62,525 nucleotides of DNA from Carcharhinus longimanus (taxonomy: Eukaryota). The stretch lies in the NCBI GenBank assembly GCA_030264375.1, contig JASCQW010000133.1, forward strand, positions 44,466,608 to 44,529,132. The letters are read 5' to 3'. Below, one piece after another: positions 1-13,810 of this stretch. Positions within the stretch are counted from its first letter, which is position 1, and each line of letters opens with the position of its first letter. A program made the position numbers and the translations under genes. Below the pieces are notes generated by a model. The model ran no database searches and was not told the DNA's origin. It saw nothing but the letters and a program-made list of their open reading frames with translations.

Positions 1-1094
1 CTTATTGAATGGCAGGGCAGGCTCGAAGGGCTAGATGGCCTACTCCTGCTCCTATTTCTTATGTTCTTATGTTCAACAAGACGTCCCAACTCCTGTATTC
101 AATGTTCTGACTAATGAAACAAAGCATGCTGAATGCCTTCTTCCCCACAGTAAATGGTCCATTTACTTGGACAAGGGGTAAACTAAAGCTCACAGGTAAT
201 GCGGTGACACAGGATGGTCTGCAACACTGGTTTAAAAACAAGTATCTAACTTAAAATTAAAAATGCAATAGAACTCAAAGATCATCCAAGTGCAAGCACG
301 TACATGAGGTACCAGAGTGCTCAGGGCGTGCAGCCATTATAACTGAATTGGTACAACTAACATCACGGCTCAAAAAACACAAGAAGAGAAACACTCTCAT
401 AGAAAATCCTATTTTAGAACCCATTAGACATTGGTAAGAAGCAATTTTCAACTATACCTTACCTAGCAGTAGCAAACAGTACTAATGACTGGTTAGCACT
501 TAAACTGCTGCCTAGACCAGAAAATTCCTCTCTGAGTTGACTAACACTCAGCTCATGAAATATGATGTTGACACAAAACTAATTGCACAATAATAAAACT
601 GCACAAATGTAGAAAGCATCTATTTTCCTGTAATGCTCTGGGCTACCAAAATCAGCAATTCTGTGCTATGTTAATAAATAACAATTGAGAAGGACGTTGG
701 ACACCAGAACACCATTGGTGTGGTGGGTTTGTGAGAATGAAGGGGACAAGTAATTCAGTTAAAGCTCTCACGTTCACTATGCTGGCTAGAAAGTACAAGT
801 GGTCACAGGAAAAGATATTGTCATTGATGCTCATTTGTTGGGCTAACATTTAATAGAGCAGCCACTCCATGAGCTACTGGAGAACTGGTAGTTTACACAG
901 AGTTAATATCCCTAAAAGAATCAGTGCCACCAGGAAATCTAACGGCAGGTAGTGGAGTGGGGGTGAAAAAACTAAATGTTTCAATTCTGCTTAGATTCTC
1001 TTTGCTTTATTCCACTCCAAGCAACAAGGGGAGGATGGTCTCTAGGCCTCCAAAAAGTAGTGGAGAGGTAGAGGATGGCATGAATCAGGAAACT

Positions 1095-2870
1095 AGAGTT
1101 GCATGTTACAAGGGTGCTACAGTTATCATGGGTGGTTTTTAATTGACACATAGATTGGGNNNNNNNNNNNNNNNNNNNNNNNNNNNNNNNNTTCCTGGCT
1201 TGTGCACAGTGTTTTTTTAGATTAGCATATAAAGGAACCAACTAGGGAACAGACCATCCTAGATATGGCACTGTGCAATGAGAAGGAGTTAATTAATAAT
1301 CTTTATGTGCTGGGTCCTTTAGGAAATAGTGACCATAACAGGATGGACTTCTTCTTAAGGATGGAAAGTGAAGTAGTCCTATCCAAAACTAGGGTCTTGA
1401 ATCCAAACAAAGGAAACTACGAAGGTAGGAGGGGTGAGGGGACTCAGATAGATTGAAGAACTTCATTAAAAGGCATGTTGGTAGATAGGCAATGACTAAT
1501 ACTTAAGGAATGAATGTATGCGTTACAAGAATTACACATCCCTTCCTGGAAGTGGACCAACCATAGCTTACAAAAGGAATTCCAGATAGTATTAGATCCA
1601 AAGGAGTCATAAAAACATGCTGTAAAAAGTAGTAAGTCGGAGGATTGCAAGAAGTTTAGAATTCAGCAAAAGAGGACAAGAGATTAATGAGGAGGGGAAA
1701 AGGTGTGAAAATAAACTTGCAATGAACATAAAAGCAGACTGTAAAAGCTTTAAAGATAGTGAAGGCAAATGCAGGTCCCTCACAGTCTGAAATTAGAAAA
1801 TTTATTATCATGAACAAGGGGAGGGCAGAGTAATTAAACAGTTACTCAGTTCTGTTTTCACGGACGAATATACAACAAACAACAGATACGTTAAGGAGCA
1901 AAAGTCTAGTGAGAAAGAGAATGGAAGGATTTTAGCATTACTGAAAAAAGCTTGTGCTGGAGAAAGCAATGAGACTGAAAGTCAATAAATCTCCAGGGCC
2001 AGATAACCTACATCCTAGAATACCAAATGAGGTTGCCATGGAAATAGTAGATGTATTGGTTGTCATCTTCCAAAATGCTATAGATTCTGGAACAAACCCG
2101 ACAGATTGGAGGGTGACAAATGTAACCACACTATTTAAAAAAGGGGTATAGGGGGAGGAGAAAGCAAAGAATTACAGACAAGTTAGCCTAACATCAGTAG
2201 TAGGGAATATGTTAGAGTCTATTGTAAAGGATGTGATAACATGACAGTTAGAAAATACTAACAATTAGATAAATATGGATTATGGAAGGGAAATCATGTT
2301 TGACAAAACCACTGGAGATTTTTGAGGATGCAACTAGCAGAATAGATAAGGGTGATCCAGCAGACGTGCTATATTTGAATTTTCAGAAAGCTTTTGAGAA
2401 AGTCTCACATGAGAAGTTACTGTGCAAAATTAAAGCACGTGATTGCAGGTAATATATTAGCATGGATTGAGAATTTGTTCACAGACAGGAAAAACAGAGT
2501 GGGAATAAATTTTTTTTGAGTGTGGGTGGAGTAGAAAGGGGAGTGTCGCAGGGGCGAATGCTTGAGCCAAATTGGGTCAACTAGGCTTGTATCCTCTGGA
2601 ATTTAAATGTATAAAATTCTCACAGGGCTGAATGAGGAGAAACTTCACTCAGTGTGGGGAACCTGTGGAATTCTCTACCAGAGAAGGCTCTGGAGACCAA
2701 GTAACTGAATATATTTAAGGAAATAGATGGATTTCTAGACTGTACAGGCATTAAGGAGTCTGGTGAGAGAGGTGTATGGCACTGAGATAGAGGATCAGCC
2801 ATGATCATATTGAATGAGGAAACAGACAAAGGGCCAGATGACCCACTCTTGCTCCCATTTTCTATGTTCC
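1095..2870 (+). mobile_element. Degraded CR1 LINE, ORF2 (end of endonuclease, RT) through 3' tail
   Basis: Translated pieces show CR1 ORF2 motifs (VIMGGFN, LDMALCNE, KSPGPDNLHPRI, DWRVTNVTTLFKKG, YLNFQKAF) with many stops, frameshifts and deletions. It ends in the CR1 tail 'gatcagccatgatcatattgaatg...ttctatgttcctatt'. Confidence 0.9.
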
Positions 2871-4583
2871 TATTCTGTCTGAATTACCTTATCAATTTTT
2901 CCTCTTTTCACCTAATCCTCTCTAGTTTATTTTGTCTAAATCCAAAAAAAAATTCTTTTTTGTTTCTTGTTTTAAGTGCTATATTTAAAAATTTTCATTA
3001 GCTGAGAAACAAGCTAATTGAAATCAGGCAACCTAAAAATTGACTCACTTGCAACATAGACGTAACCCAAATTAATTTTTAGATCAGTAGAAAAATGTTA
3101 AACTCCGAGGGGCCCTGTCAAATTAATACAATTCTGTGTCTCCTACAGCAAGGTAGCATCTAGGCAACTAGGGTCAAAACCAGAGCAGATTAATTCTATA
3201 AATGTGGTTGATCTGTTGCAGTAGTTTCCCAGAGAAATGAATATAAATCCTAAACTAATCCAATGCACATTGCTTAAAATAAAAGCAAATCAATGAACTT
3301 CAACCCATAATCAGTTTTGAATTTAACACAACTGTCACACATGCCTAAGTTGGCACTTTGCCAATTTGTACTCTTCTGTTCATGTGCCATGCCATTTTAG
3401 ACAGCATACTATTTAGCCAACAATGAAGTCAAGCATCTCCAGAGGTATAATTTGCATTATTTTTGAAGAACTGTCACATTGGATATGCTTTCATTTTCCT
3501 TGTAAGAGCTGAGGGAGAAGAATATCACTTATTTCCCTTTCTTGGTCAAAGATAACTTACACATGACTTGATATTATTGTTCACGTAAAGCAAGAACTTA
3601 CTTTGTTCTCAAAGCCAGGATTTTCAATGAGACATCAAGTGAGTTTGTACTTGTTGAAACCTACATCACTCTTTATACCTTCATACTATTTAACAATTAT
3701 AAATTACCCAGGATTGAAATATACAGTCAGTTGAAATCTTGTAAAGCACATGTGATTTGATTCTGAGTTTCCAGTTGAATGTTTATTTTAACTTCTAAAG
3801 CTCATAAGAATATGTTGACAAAGGAAGTTCTGATAATTTGCTTATCTGGTTTGTGCATTACACTTCCCGTGTGGTTTTCTGTCAATTTCCTGCCATATGC
3901 TGCCCCAAATTAACACGAAGAAAATTGTGAAATGAATGTCAAGCTACGAAAACAGCCATTTTTTGCCAACCAAGTAATGGATTTCAATAAAATAGCACAT
4001 TAGACTGACAGTATATTCTGTTGAAGCAAAAATACAGCAAAAAAGAGTATAAATCAAACAGCATTTAATTACAGATAACAACCAGTGCTGGCTAGAATTT
4101 GAAAATATCAAATGCCAAAACAAAACAATCATTGTCTCAAGTTCCTTGCCTTATATTTTATCTACTGCACTATATCTTTAAGAAACTGCATTTTCCTCCT
4201 TTATGTAAATGTTTCTTACTACAATGGTCACTGAATGCAGATGAAACAAAGCATGCTGAATATCCACTGTAAATTGGCTGGCTTATCCAAGAACAGTTGA
4301 AATTTTCACTTAAGTCACCAATTATATCACTTCTAATGGATTTGATGTGTCTCAGGACTTTATGGAATGGGAGCAGTATACAACAAACCAAACTTGGCCA
4401 ATATTTGTACTGAGCTAGCCCTTCATTACAATGGTAATTAATATACTCTATTAAATGAAAATATAAACAGACACGATTTTAAAATTCTATGATGAAAATC
4501 CACATTCTTGTACAAACATTGCTGTTCAAACCAGTGCACTCTCCATTACATACATACAAATGAAAGAGGTACACTTCACAGAC

Positions 4584-4784
4584 CTGCGTAGAGTTCTTCA
4601 ATGGAACTTTTTTCTTTGTTCGATCCCTCCCCTGATCTCGACCTCTATCAAAGGTGCCATTTCCATTCTCATGCCCATTTTCACTTGGTTCTGCCAACAT
4701 GCCATTTGCCACCTGCCGTGGTTTCTTCCCAACTTGCTTCTCCCATTTTTCATTTCGTTCTTGTGGTCTAAGTGCAAGGTCCTT
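4584..4784 (-). CDS. Internal coding exon (201 nt, phase 0-0) of an unidentified gene: KDLALRPQERNEKWEKQVGKKPRQVANGMLAEPSENGHENGNGTFDRGRDQGRDRTKKKVPLKNSTQ
   Basis: Acceptor 'tctttaattttttcag|AAG' and donor 'CAG|gtctgt' enclose 67 open codons. The segment is purine-rich and retains CpGs within AT-rich unique flanks. The product is hydrophilic and probably disordered. Confidence 0.75.
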
Positions 4785-4861
4785 CTGAAAAAATTAAAGA
4801 ATAAGCATTTGAGTAAACAAATCATCGAACCTTTTCTTACAGTTATTAAATCAGAATGTAT

Positions 4862-5116
4862 GAGTTGAAGTGGTGGAGGCTACCTCGCTAAATATTTTTA
4901 AGAAGCGGGTTGATGGGTTTTTGATAAGAGAGGGGATTANNNNNNNNNNNNNNNNNNNNNNNNNNNNNNNNNNNNNNNNNNNNNNNNNNNNNNNNNNNNN
5001 NNNNNNNNNNNNNNNNNNNNNNNNNNNNNNNNNNNNNNNAGCCATGATCTTATTGAATGGCGGGGCAGGCTCGAAGGGCTAGTTGGCCTACTCCTGCTCC
5101 TATTTCTTATGTTCTC
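4862..5116 (+). mobile_element. Young CR1 3' end spanning a 100-N gap
   Basis: VEATSLNIFKKRVDGFL is followed by the tail 'ttattgaatggcggggcaggctcgaagggctag..ggcctactcctgctcctatttcttatgttc'. Near-identical tails occur at 1-71, 21560-21723, 43976-44049(-) and 48819-48929(-). Confidence 0.9.
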
Positions 5117-5212
5117 CTCCTTTTGTACTCCCCCCAAAGTGATGGTTACATGGATACCGTTTTATGCGCATTGGTAACCTTTCAATAGTTTGCCTAAGTG
5201 ATGTTTCTGCAT

Positions 5213-5470
5213 TGGCAGCAAGGTGGCACATGCTTAGTTCTGCTGCTTCAAGCATCAGGGATTCAAGTTCAATTCTAGCCTTGGGTCATTGCCCGTGTGG
5301 AGTTTGCACATTCTCCACATCTGCATGGGTTTCCTTTGGGATGCTGCGGTTTCCTTCCACAGTGAAAGATGTGCAGGTTAGATGGATTGGCCATGCTAAC
5401 TTGCCGCTTAGTGTTAGGGATGTGTCAGTTAGATGGATTAGCCATGCTAAATGCACGGGTTATGAGATAG
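5213..5470 (+). mobile_element. HE1-type (V-SINE) tRNA-derived SINE, degenerate
   Basis: tRNA-like head followed by the V-domain 'gtggagtttgcacattctcc...gggtttcc...aaagatgtgcaggttag...ttggccatgctaa'. Confidence 0.85.
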
Positions 5471-6254
5471 TGCCATATGTTTTAGCAGTAACCATGACAA
5501 TGATTATATATTAGAATGCTTGATTTCTTCCATTTATCCCCACCTTTGGAATGCTCAAGTCAATTGTCCTAGATAAGATTAGTTAATTTAGCACACATCT
5601 TCCTAGTCCCTTGCCGGTAGTACTATTTAGGTTTGTACTGAGCAATCAAGTTTAAAGTTCAGAAATACGTAAACAAAATACGCTTTTGAATAGATCGTGT
5701 TGTAATTAATCACAGCAGATTTTGCATAAATGAAGACCTTTGAACACGGCATCCTCATCAATTTAAAATGCCATTAGGTTGCAAGTAAATAAGCTCAGAG
5801 ATAGAAACAAATTAAGAAATTCAAGCCAACAATAACTGTATTACAGAAAAGCTGCTTTCTAACAAGTCCAGTGTTGTAAGATCCTGCTTCTCAAGCTCTT
5901 AAATTTCTACTTCAAAAGATAATTAAATGCAAGAACCATGTTCCCAGATTTGCAGCAAACTATTTTGACAACTTTTCAAGTAATGTATTCACATATTGTA
6001 AACTGTAGGCAGAGGAGACTTTATACCCATGGAAATCCTAACAATTCTGTACAGGTAATACGCAGGATCCCGACTTGCAATAAATATTAGGAAGTGTCAC
6101 ATTGAGACTCAAAACACAGCCACACCACACTGCCAAGGAACCTACAGCAGGGGTGCGCTGCTGGTGGCACCAGAGGATCCTGCCATGTGAACGACCGGAG
6201 AATTCCAGTTACAGTTGCTGTCCATTTTAAATAGTTTATAACTTTCTTATTTCA

Positions 6255-6731
6255 GGGTGGTACAGTAGCACAGTGGTTAGTACTGCTGCTTCACAGCTCC
6301 AGGGACCTGGGTTTGATTTCCGGCTCAGGTCACTGTCTGTGTGGAGTTTGCACATTCTCCTCATGTCTGTATGGGTTTCCTCCGGGTGCTCCGGTTTCCT
6401 CCCACAGTCCNNNNNNNNNNNNNNNNNNNNNNNNNNNNNNNNNNNNNNNNNNNNNNNNNNNNNNNNNNNNNNNNNNNNNNNNNNNNNNNNNNNNNNNNNN
6501 NNNNNNNNNNGGGTTTCCTCCGGGTGCTCCGGTTTCCTCCCACAGTCCAAAGATGTGCAGGTTAGGTTGATTGGCCATGCCAAAATTTCCCTTAGTGTCT
6601 AGAGATGCGTGGATTAGTGGGTAAAATATGTAGGGATATGGAGTAGGGCTTGGGTGGGATTGTGGTTGGTGCAGACTCAATGGGCCGAAGGGTCTCTTCC
6701 TGCACTGTAGGGTTCCAAGATTCTACGATTC
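6255..6731 (+). mobile_element. HE1-type V-SINE (contains a 100-N gap with duplicated flanks)
   Basis: A/B-box-like head 'tagcacagtggttag...gggtttgatttcc', the V-domain, and a CR1-derived tail 'gggccgaagggtctcttcctgcactgtagggttc'. Confidence 0.9.
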
Positions 6732-6794
6732 ATCTGCAATTTGTAACCATAAATCTTCAGATGGCATGATGTCATCCTAGGCACTAGAGAGACA

Positions 6795-7046
6795 GTAAGA
6801 AGTCTCAAAAGCCAGGTTAAAGCCCAACAGGTTTATTTGGCAGCACAAGTTTTGGAGCACTGCCCTTTCATCAGGCGAGTGAGGAGCTGTGTTCATAAAC
6901 AGGGCATACATAGATACAGACTCAATTTACAGGATAATGGTCGGAATGCAAGTCTTTACAGGTAATCAAGTCTTAAAGATACAGGCGATGTGTGTGGAGC
7001 ACAGTTAAAGAGCTGTATGTTGTCTCCAGCATCGCCAGATCATCAG
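6795..7046 (-). mobile_element. Penelope-like element 3' relic (family A) with 10-bp target duplication
   Basis: Homologous to the GIY-YIG-bearing copy at 53107-53664. TAGAGAGACA flanks it at 6785-6794 and 7047-7056. Confidence 0.8.
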
Positions 7047-9799
7047 TAGAGAGACAACACCTTAATCAGAAGGTAGACAAGTTTTGAGTAGTGTAGATTT
7101 GCCTCATCATTTTCTCCTGTTGTTTATGAAGTGCTCAATATCTTTCAACTTCTTGGAAGTGAAGACTGAAATTGGAAATCCATCCGCAATTGACAACTGA
7201 GCATTGTTCTTCCAAATTCTGAGCCATTTACGAAATACAAGGAATTCAAGGAGACACACAGTGGGTTATTCCAATCCCTTTACGGGGTGTACTGTTAAGT
7301 GAAGCACTTGAGAACTAACAAACTCATTGCACACAGATAGTTCAACTGAGTGCCAGCCACTGCTTGAAATACAAAACCACAACATCACACTATACTGAGA
7401 GAGCAAAGCCAAGTTACTGCTTGAATAAAACGGTACATCCAACTTTTAAAGATATATTACAAATATTTTACGAGTTGCTAACTACTAACTATAAATCTTA
7501 CTGACAGCCCTGTCTGTGTGAATGACTGTTCAGGTGTGCTGAAGGCTTTGTTATTCCTCATGAATTAATTCTTTCTTATAACAAAAGAATTACACAAAAA
7601 TAAAATCTCTGAAAGCTCCTTGTTCAACTCTTATTAGTGATTTCATGAAAACTAATTGAGACAAATTTGGACATGAAATATGTACACCGAATTAATCCTA
7701 CGCACAAAACTTAAAACTTCCTTCATGCATTTGTTTCTTAGTTGGCTTTTACAGGCCTCATTGCTATGGTGATGTCAATATTCATAGTCGTAATGAATGG
7801 GCAACATCGTTGGGCCCATTAATTTATTCCTAGATTATAGATTAGTTTGCATGCGTTACAACACACAAAATCAACCTCCATATCAATTAAGTCACTGAAA
7901 GCTCAATGAAACTATTCGTAAATGCTCAAAATGTGCTTATCAAGCACGATGAGACAGACACCCATGTCTCTGTAACTTATCTACACTGACAAGGAAAATA
8001 TAATTTATTTCCTATAAATATCCAACCGTTCTCTGTACATCCCTTTGTATTTCAGCCCGTTACGCTGGTCAAAATTCAGTACACCAACTCATGCTTCAGT
8101 AAACGGATAATCAAAGTGTTAAATGTCATTCAAATGCAGAATTTGATTTTTTTCTCCCATGGGCTCCATTCCAAAATACAGAACAAATCTCTTGGGAGTC
8201 TCCTATGAGATTGCAAACATATGAAAATTTATACAGGGTTATTAGAAGTAAAGTGGCCAGGAACATTATGAAAACACAAGGTGAAAGCAAGAACATATCC
8301 GTCAGCTACTTCAATAAACAGAAGAAACTCTAAACAAAAAGTTAAATACCCATACAGATTATATCCAAAGTTCAGCAAAACTTGAAACCACTCAACCTGA
8401 AAAAAAAACTACAAAACTCTAAACATCAAAAGGCTGTGTTGAAATGCAAACATACAAAATAAGAACAGAAATAGGCCATTCTGCCCAAAACCATCCCACT
8501 ATATAAGGCAACTACCCCACTATTAAAGTTAATTTATGATCTGATAGTGGCTTCTACATTCCTGTCTTCTCCCATACCCTTTTGACTCCTTTTCAGTCAA
8601 GAATATATTCAACTCAGCCTAAAAACAATGACCCTGTCCCCACTATTCTCTGGGAAGAGAATTCAAATACATTTCTGAAGCCCCATTTAAATGGGGAACA
8701 TGATTCTGTTATGACAATACTGGATCTATGGAGAATCCTTAACCTATTAGGCAGAACAGCTGCAGAATAGTAAAAGTGGCCAGACCAATTATAATCTGGG
8801 GTCAGCGAGCATTTTCATGCTGAATGGGACATGTTCTAATTTTATCTGATTGATTGCTTAAAAAGTAATTTTGCGGGGAGGATCAGTAGGCTATGATTTT
8901 GACTNNNNNNNNNNNNNNNNNNNNNATGATAGGGAGATATCTGCAGAAGCGAATATGAAGGAAAAATCCGTCTCCTCCCGTGTTACAGGATTCCTCGATC
9001 AAGAGGACAGCTGGTCTAACAAGGAAATGTCTTTAACTGAAGTTATCTTACAGCACACAATGTTGAATCATAGAATTGCTACAATGCAGAAGGAGCCCAC
9101 TCGGCCCATCCAGGCTGCAACAAAGAAGGTTAAAATATAGTGATACATTTTAAGCATCACAAAGAATCGTCAGCAAAATGGACAGGCAGTTGGAAAATAG
9201 GTGAAGGGGCCACTGATATTAAGTAGGAATATCGTTCAAGACAGCATAAAGCCTAAAATTCTCTAGAGTTAATAGAACCATGAGATAAACCATCAATTAT
9301 GCTACTTATGGGTCAGGCAACAGGAAACTAGATAGCTACGAGCATAGATTGGTAGGAGACCTATGAGCATTAGAGGCTATGGAGCTGTTGGAAAAGCAAA
9401 ATGGAAGATTCACTCAAGTGTTTAACAATAGAGTTCCAGAGATATACATCACATACAACAGGATAATCAGTGGGGTAGCCATGCAGAAAACCGTACGGAC
9501 AAGTCATGGATTGGGCTAGCTCTGCCCAGCTGATGGATAATTTCAGAATTAACAGTAGCTTTTAAAACAAAGAAAATTTAACAGTGGCAAAGGTAAAAGC
9601 AAAATACTTCAGATACTGTAAATATAAAGTCAAAAACAGGAAGTGCTGAAAAAGCTCAGTGATTCTGGCAGTATTTGTGGAGAGATGGGAACAGGATTAA
9701 CGTTGAATCAAATATTACTCTAAAGTTCGACTCAAAAAAATAGTTTCTCTCTCCACAGATTCAAAGTTTTTCCAGCACTTGGATTTATTTGGTTCCTTT

Positions 9800-10600
9800 C
9801 CAAACCTCAGGATGTCCCAAAGTGCTTTACAGCCAATTAAGTATTTTTTCAAAGATGGTCACTCTTGTAGTTAGAAATTCAGCAGCCAATTTGTGCATGA
9901 ACTCTCACAGACTACAATGTGACAATGATCCAAACTGTTTTTTATGTGATGGATGTTGTTGGTTACATGTAAGCATATGAATTCAGAGAAGCAAGCTTGA
10001 GCCTGCTCTGCCATTAAATAAAATTATAGCTGATCTGATTGAAACCTCAACTCCACCTTTCCCACAACAGCTAGTCACCTTCATGTTTATCAAGAATATA
10101 TCAACCTCTGCCTTAAAAATCTTTAAAGACTTTGTTTCCATCATCCTTTGAGGAAGAGTTTCCAAGGACTCACGACCCTCAGTGAAAAGATTTCTCTTCA
10201 CTGCTGTCTTAAATGGGCAGCCCCTTACTTTTAAACAGTGACCCCCGAGTTCTCGATTCTCTCAGAACAGGAAATATCCTTTCCACATCCACATAGTCAA
10301 GGCCCCTGAGGATTTTAAATGTTCTGAACTGCTACTGATACATTCACATCATTCATTAAATAAGGAGACCAATACTTTACTCCAGATGTTGCCTTACCAA
10401 TGCCCTGTACAACATTCCCTACATTTGCATTCAATTCACCTCACAATAATCAATAATATTTTATTGGCTTGGTTTAATGTCTTAGTTGAAAGACAGCAGT
10501 TCCAACTCTGTAATGCTTTCTCAGTACACCATTGAGTGTCACATTATAGTGCGCAAGTCTCAAGCTCCAGCTGATCATGGTCTGATAATTTCAGAGGGAG
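9800..10600 (-). mobile_element. Old DeuSINE-like (SacSINE1/AmnSINE-type) SINE interrupted by a CR1 3' fragment (~9975-10465)
   Basis: The tail 'gatgtcccaaagtgctttacagccaat' and the head-side 'ggcttggtttaatgtcttagttgaaagacagc' lie on either side of a minus-strand CR1 3' piece (MKRNLFTEG...SLKIFKAEVDIFL). Confidence 0.6.
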
Positions 10601-10627
10601 AGAAAGGTAAACTAAAAACAGGAACCA

Positions 10628-10958
10628 TCATAGGAATCACAGAATCCCTACAGTGCGGCTGAGGCCATTTGTCCCATTGAGTCTGCGCCGACAAGATCCT
10701 TCTTTCCTGCGCAGTCCCCGTAGTCCAACGTGTTTAGCATGGCTAATCCATCTAACCTACATACCCTGGGACTCTAAGAGACAATTTAGAATTGCCAATC
10801 CACTTAAGCAGCGCACCTTTGGACTGTGGGAGAAAACCGGAGCACAGAGGAAACCCATGCAGACACACAGGGAGAACATGCAAACTCCACACAGTCACCC
10901 AAGGCTGGAATTGAACCAGGTCCCTGGAGCTGTGAGGCAGCAGTGCTAACCACTGTGT
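10628..10958 (-). mobile_element. HE1-type V-SINE
   Basis: Reverse complement of the HE1 head, V-domain and tail. Confidence 0.9.
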
Positions 10959-12003
10959 CGAAACAGACAACATTTGCATCCCTTTATGTTTGACAAAGAT
11001 TGTATGTTTGGCACAGATTGTTGCACTGTATTGAAGTGCCTCTATTTCACAAATTAGTAGTTTAAACTAGATTCCGTTTGACGGCTTTAAGAATTGGATC
11101 CAATCGCAACAGATATAGATGCAACCTGCGGGTAAGAATGCCCAAATAATATAAAGAAATAGATTATAGTGAGTAAGGTAATGCCACTGTTAGTGCTTCT
11201 TTAGTCCTTAATGCTATCATTAAGGCTCCCTTTATCTTGTGTCCATGATATTTTGTCAAAGTCTTCTTAGTTCCAACACATCCCTGACCTTTATTCTGCC
11301 ACATCCTCCAATCCCCTTCTCCAACAACATAATTCATTACATTTCTATCCCTCCTCAGTTTTGAAGAAAAATCATACGGAATTCAAGCGTTGATTCTGTT
11401 TCGCTCTCTGAAGATGCTACCAGACCTGCTGAGTTTAGTCAGCATTTTCTGTTTTTCTAATGAGCAAGGATCTGGCATCTAATCCCTTGGAAGCGTATGT
11501 ATTTTTTGTTTAAAAGCTCTACAGAGAAAACCATTCACTGCAGTGTCAGTCTAATCTTTTCATGTGCTGCTTTAAAGATACATAATTTAGATTAAATTCA
11601 ATAGTTTATGGTAACTTCCCTCTCCTAATAAATGGCTTGGAGCTATATATTCTCCTAGCAGGTGAAAGCTCCAAATCACTTAAAAAAAAAAGTTTTGTTT
11701 ATGGTTGCATATGGAGTTTTCACCTGCTGGGAAAGTATACAGCATAACCAATATTGATCATTATCTAAGATGCCATGGACAAAGAGTGGAAAGCCTACGC
11801 ATAAATCAAGTTAAACCGGGTATGCTGTTTGCTCAAAATGTTCTAACTCATTACTTGACATACAAATCCTTACCTCGATTCATGTGTTGAGCATGAGAAA
11901 AATATTCGAACCAGCTCGAATTTTAAGAATGGATAAAACTGGCTAATAATCCCTCAGAATGACCAAAATCCCAGCCCCAACAGGCAGTATTAGCCATTCT
12001 TAC

Positions 12004-12030
12004 ATGATCCTCCTGACTGCAAAGACCATA
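12004..12030 (-). other. Candidate 27-nt microexon (TATGGTCTTTGCAGTCAGGAGGATCAT)
   Basis: Acceptor 'ttgtttttcatttttag' and donor 'CAT|gtaaga'. The length is a multiple of 3, there is no internal stop in any frame, and the surroundings are unique sequence. No protein match recognised. Confidence 0.3.
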
Positions 12031-13364
12031 CTAAAAATGAAAAACAATTTTATATAAAAGAAACAGTGATGATTGAAATCTTGATGTATCCGCATTATAC
12101 TTGGCTGTTCCCACTTGAAAGGTAGCTTGCCTATTTTACAATCAATCTAAAAAGAAATCTGCCAGAGGCTGCTTCCAACTTCATTATTACTTTAAATAAA
12201 ATGGAATTTCCTCTGAACAAATGGCAGGCAAAAGAAATTGAAATCATTTAATACTGACATCTTTTGGCTTAGCATAAAGTCATTGACTTGTGGGAGTGAC
12301 TGTTAATGTACAAATTAATTGTTATTGAAAACTAAAAATAATGCCATTAGTTATTGCCTCTTAAGATTGAAATGGTGATCCCAGTGATGTTTGAAATTGC
12401 ATTTAACAAAAGTACACATTTGCCATGATTATGCACTGAGTGTGGTAAGGGATGAAGAGGAGGAAAATTTGGAGAAAGTTCGTCTTTTCCCTGCATTTCC
12501 GACAATGGTCCAGAGCATGAGTTTTAACTAAAACATGAGCAAAAACTAAATTTGCTCTGCCATCCATTAAAATTCAAGGTAGGAATTCTAAATAAAGGCT
12601 TTCTATAACTCTCAAAAGGATGACTAATATTTTGCATAGGAGCATTATGTTAGCAACAGGACAAACTTATCTTGCAATTCTCTCTCGAGTGAATAAAAAA
12701 AGGTAGTTGCTCACATGGCAACCAATCTGCTGTCAAGTTTTGATTTACAAGTGCAGCTCTGGTTCCTCTGCAATTTGTTCACATGACTAGTAAGGGAAAC
12801 AAGTTACGTCAAGTACTGAGAAATAACTCCTTAGCCCAATTACAAAAGGTCATTGGTCACTCTTACCACTGTAACTCCACACAACCACCCACCCAACCTT
12901 CCCAGTTCAGTCGGAAAGTTTTATGCATGATCCCATTTACTGAGAATAGAACTAATTTTTTCTGGATAAATATAATGTGGAACAATCTAATTTAGAACTG
13001 TACTTAGAAAATTTTAGATCTGTGCTAGTGCTATGATGTCCCAAACTGCTAAAACTAGAAAATAAATCTGCTGGGAAAATGATTCAGTATTGAAAAGGAT
13101 TTAGAAAGGAGTCTTAGAAACCGTCAAATAAACTGCATCAATGAGGTTATTGAAAAAATTACGTTTTGATTAATTTCTAAGGAGGAATTCTATTCTGTAT
13201 TTATAATGTTCAATTTGTCTTTGTTTACTGGGGAAAAGGCAGAATGCTTTAAAGGGATAAATACTGCGCACAATTATATGAATAGCTAAAGGGTTGAAAG
13301 TTCCTTATACTGAACTGGAGCACTGTTAAAAATTTTCCAGACCTCCTTCATATTTACATCAACA

Positions 13365-13810
13365 TTTGGCATGTCAGCTGCGACTCTCACCAACTTTTAC
13401 AGATGCACCAAAGAAAGCATTCTTTCTGGTTGTATCACAGGTTGGTATGGCTCCTGCTCTGCCCAAGACTGCAGGAAACTACAAAAGGTTGTGAACGTAG
13501 CCCAATCCACCACACAAACTAGCCTCTCAACCATTGACTCTGTCTGCACTTCTCGCTGCCTTGGAAGAGGAGCCAGCATAACCAAGGACCCCACGCACCC
13601 TGGACATTCTCTNNNNNNNNNNCTGCTGCCATCAGACGTTTAAATGGACCTTCCCTGCATTAAGTTGATCTTTCTCTACACCCTACCTATGACTATAATA
13701 CTACATTCTGCACTCCTGTTTCCTTCTCTCTGAATGATATGCTTTGTCTGTATAGCAAGAAACAATACTTTTTACTGTACACCAATACATGTGACATTAA
13801 TAAATCAAAT
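13365..13810 (+). mobile_element. Rex1/Babar LINE 3' fragment
   Basis: FGMSAATLTNFYRCTKESILSGCITGWYGSCSAQDCRKLQKVV is a Rex1 RT C-terminus. The 3' UTR ends 'catgtgacattaataaatcaaat'. Confidence 0.9.

Noticed and set aside
7075-7230. Coding-looking minus-strand stretch (MAQNLEEQCSVV...LHFQEVERY*)
   Set aside because: Stops in all frames, no donor and no recognisable family.
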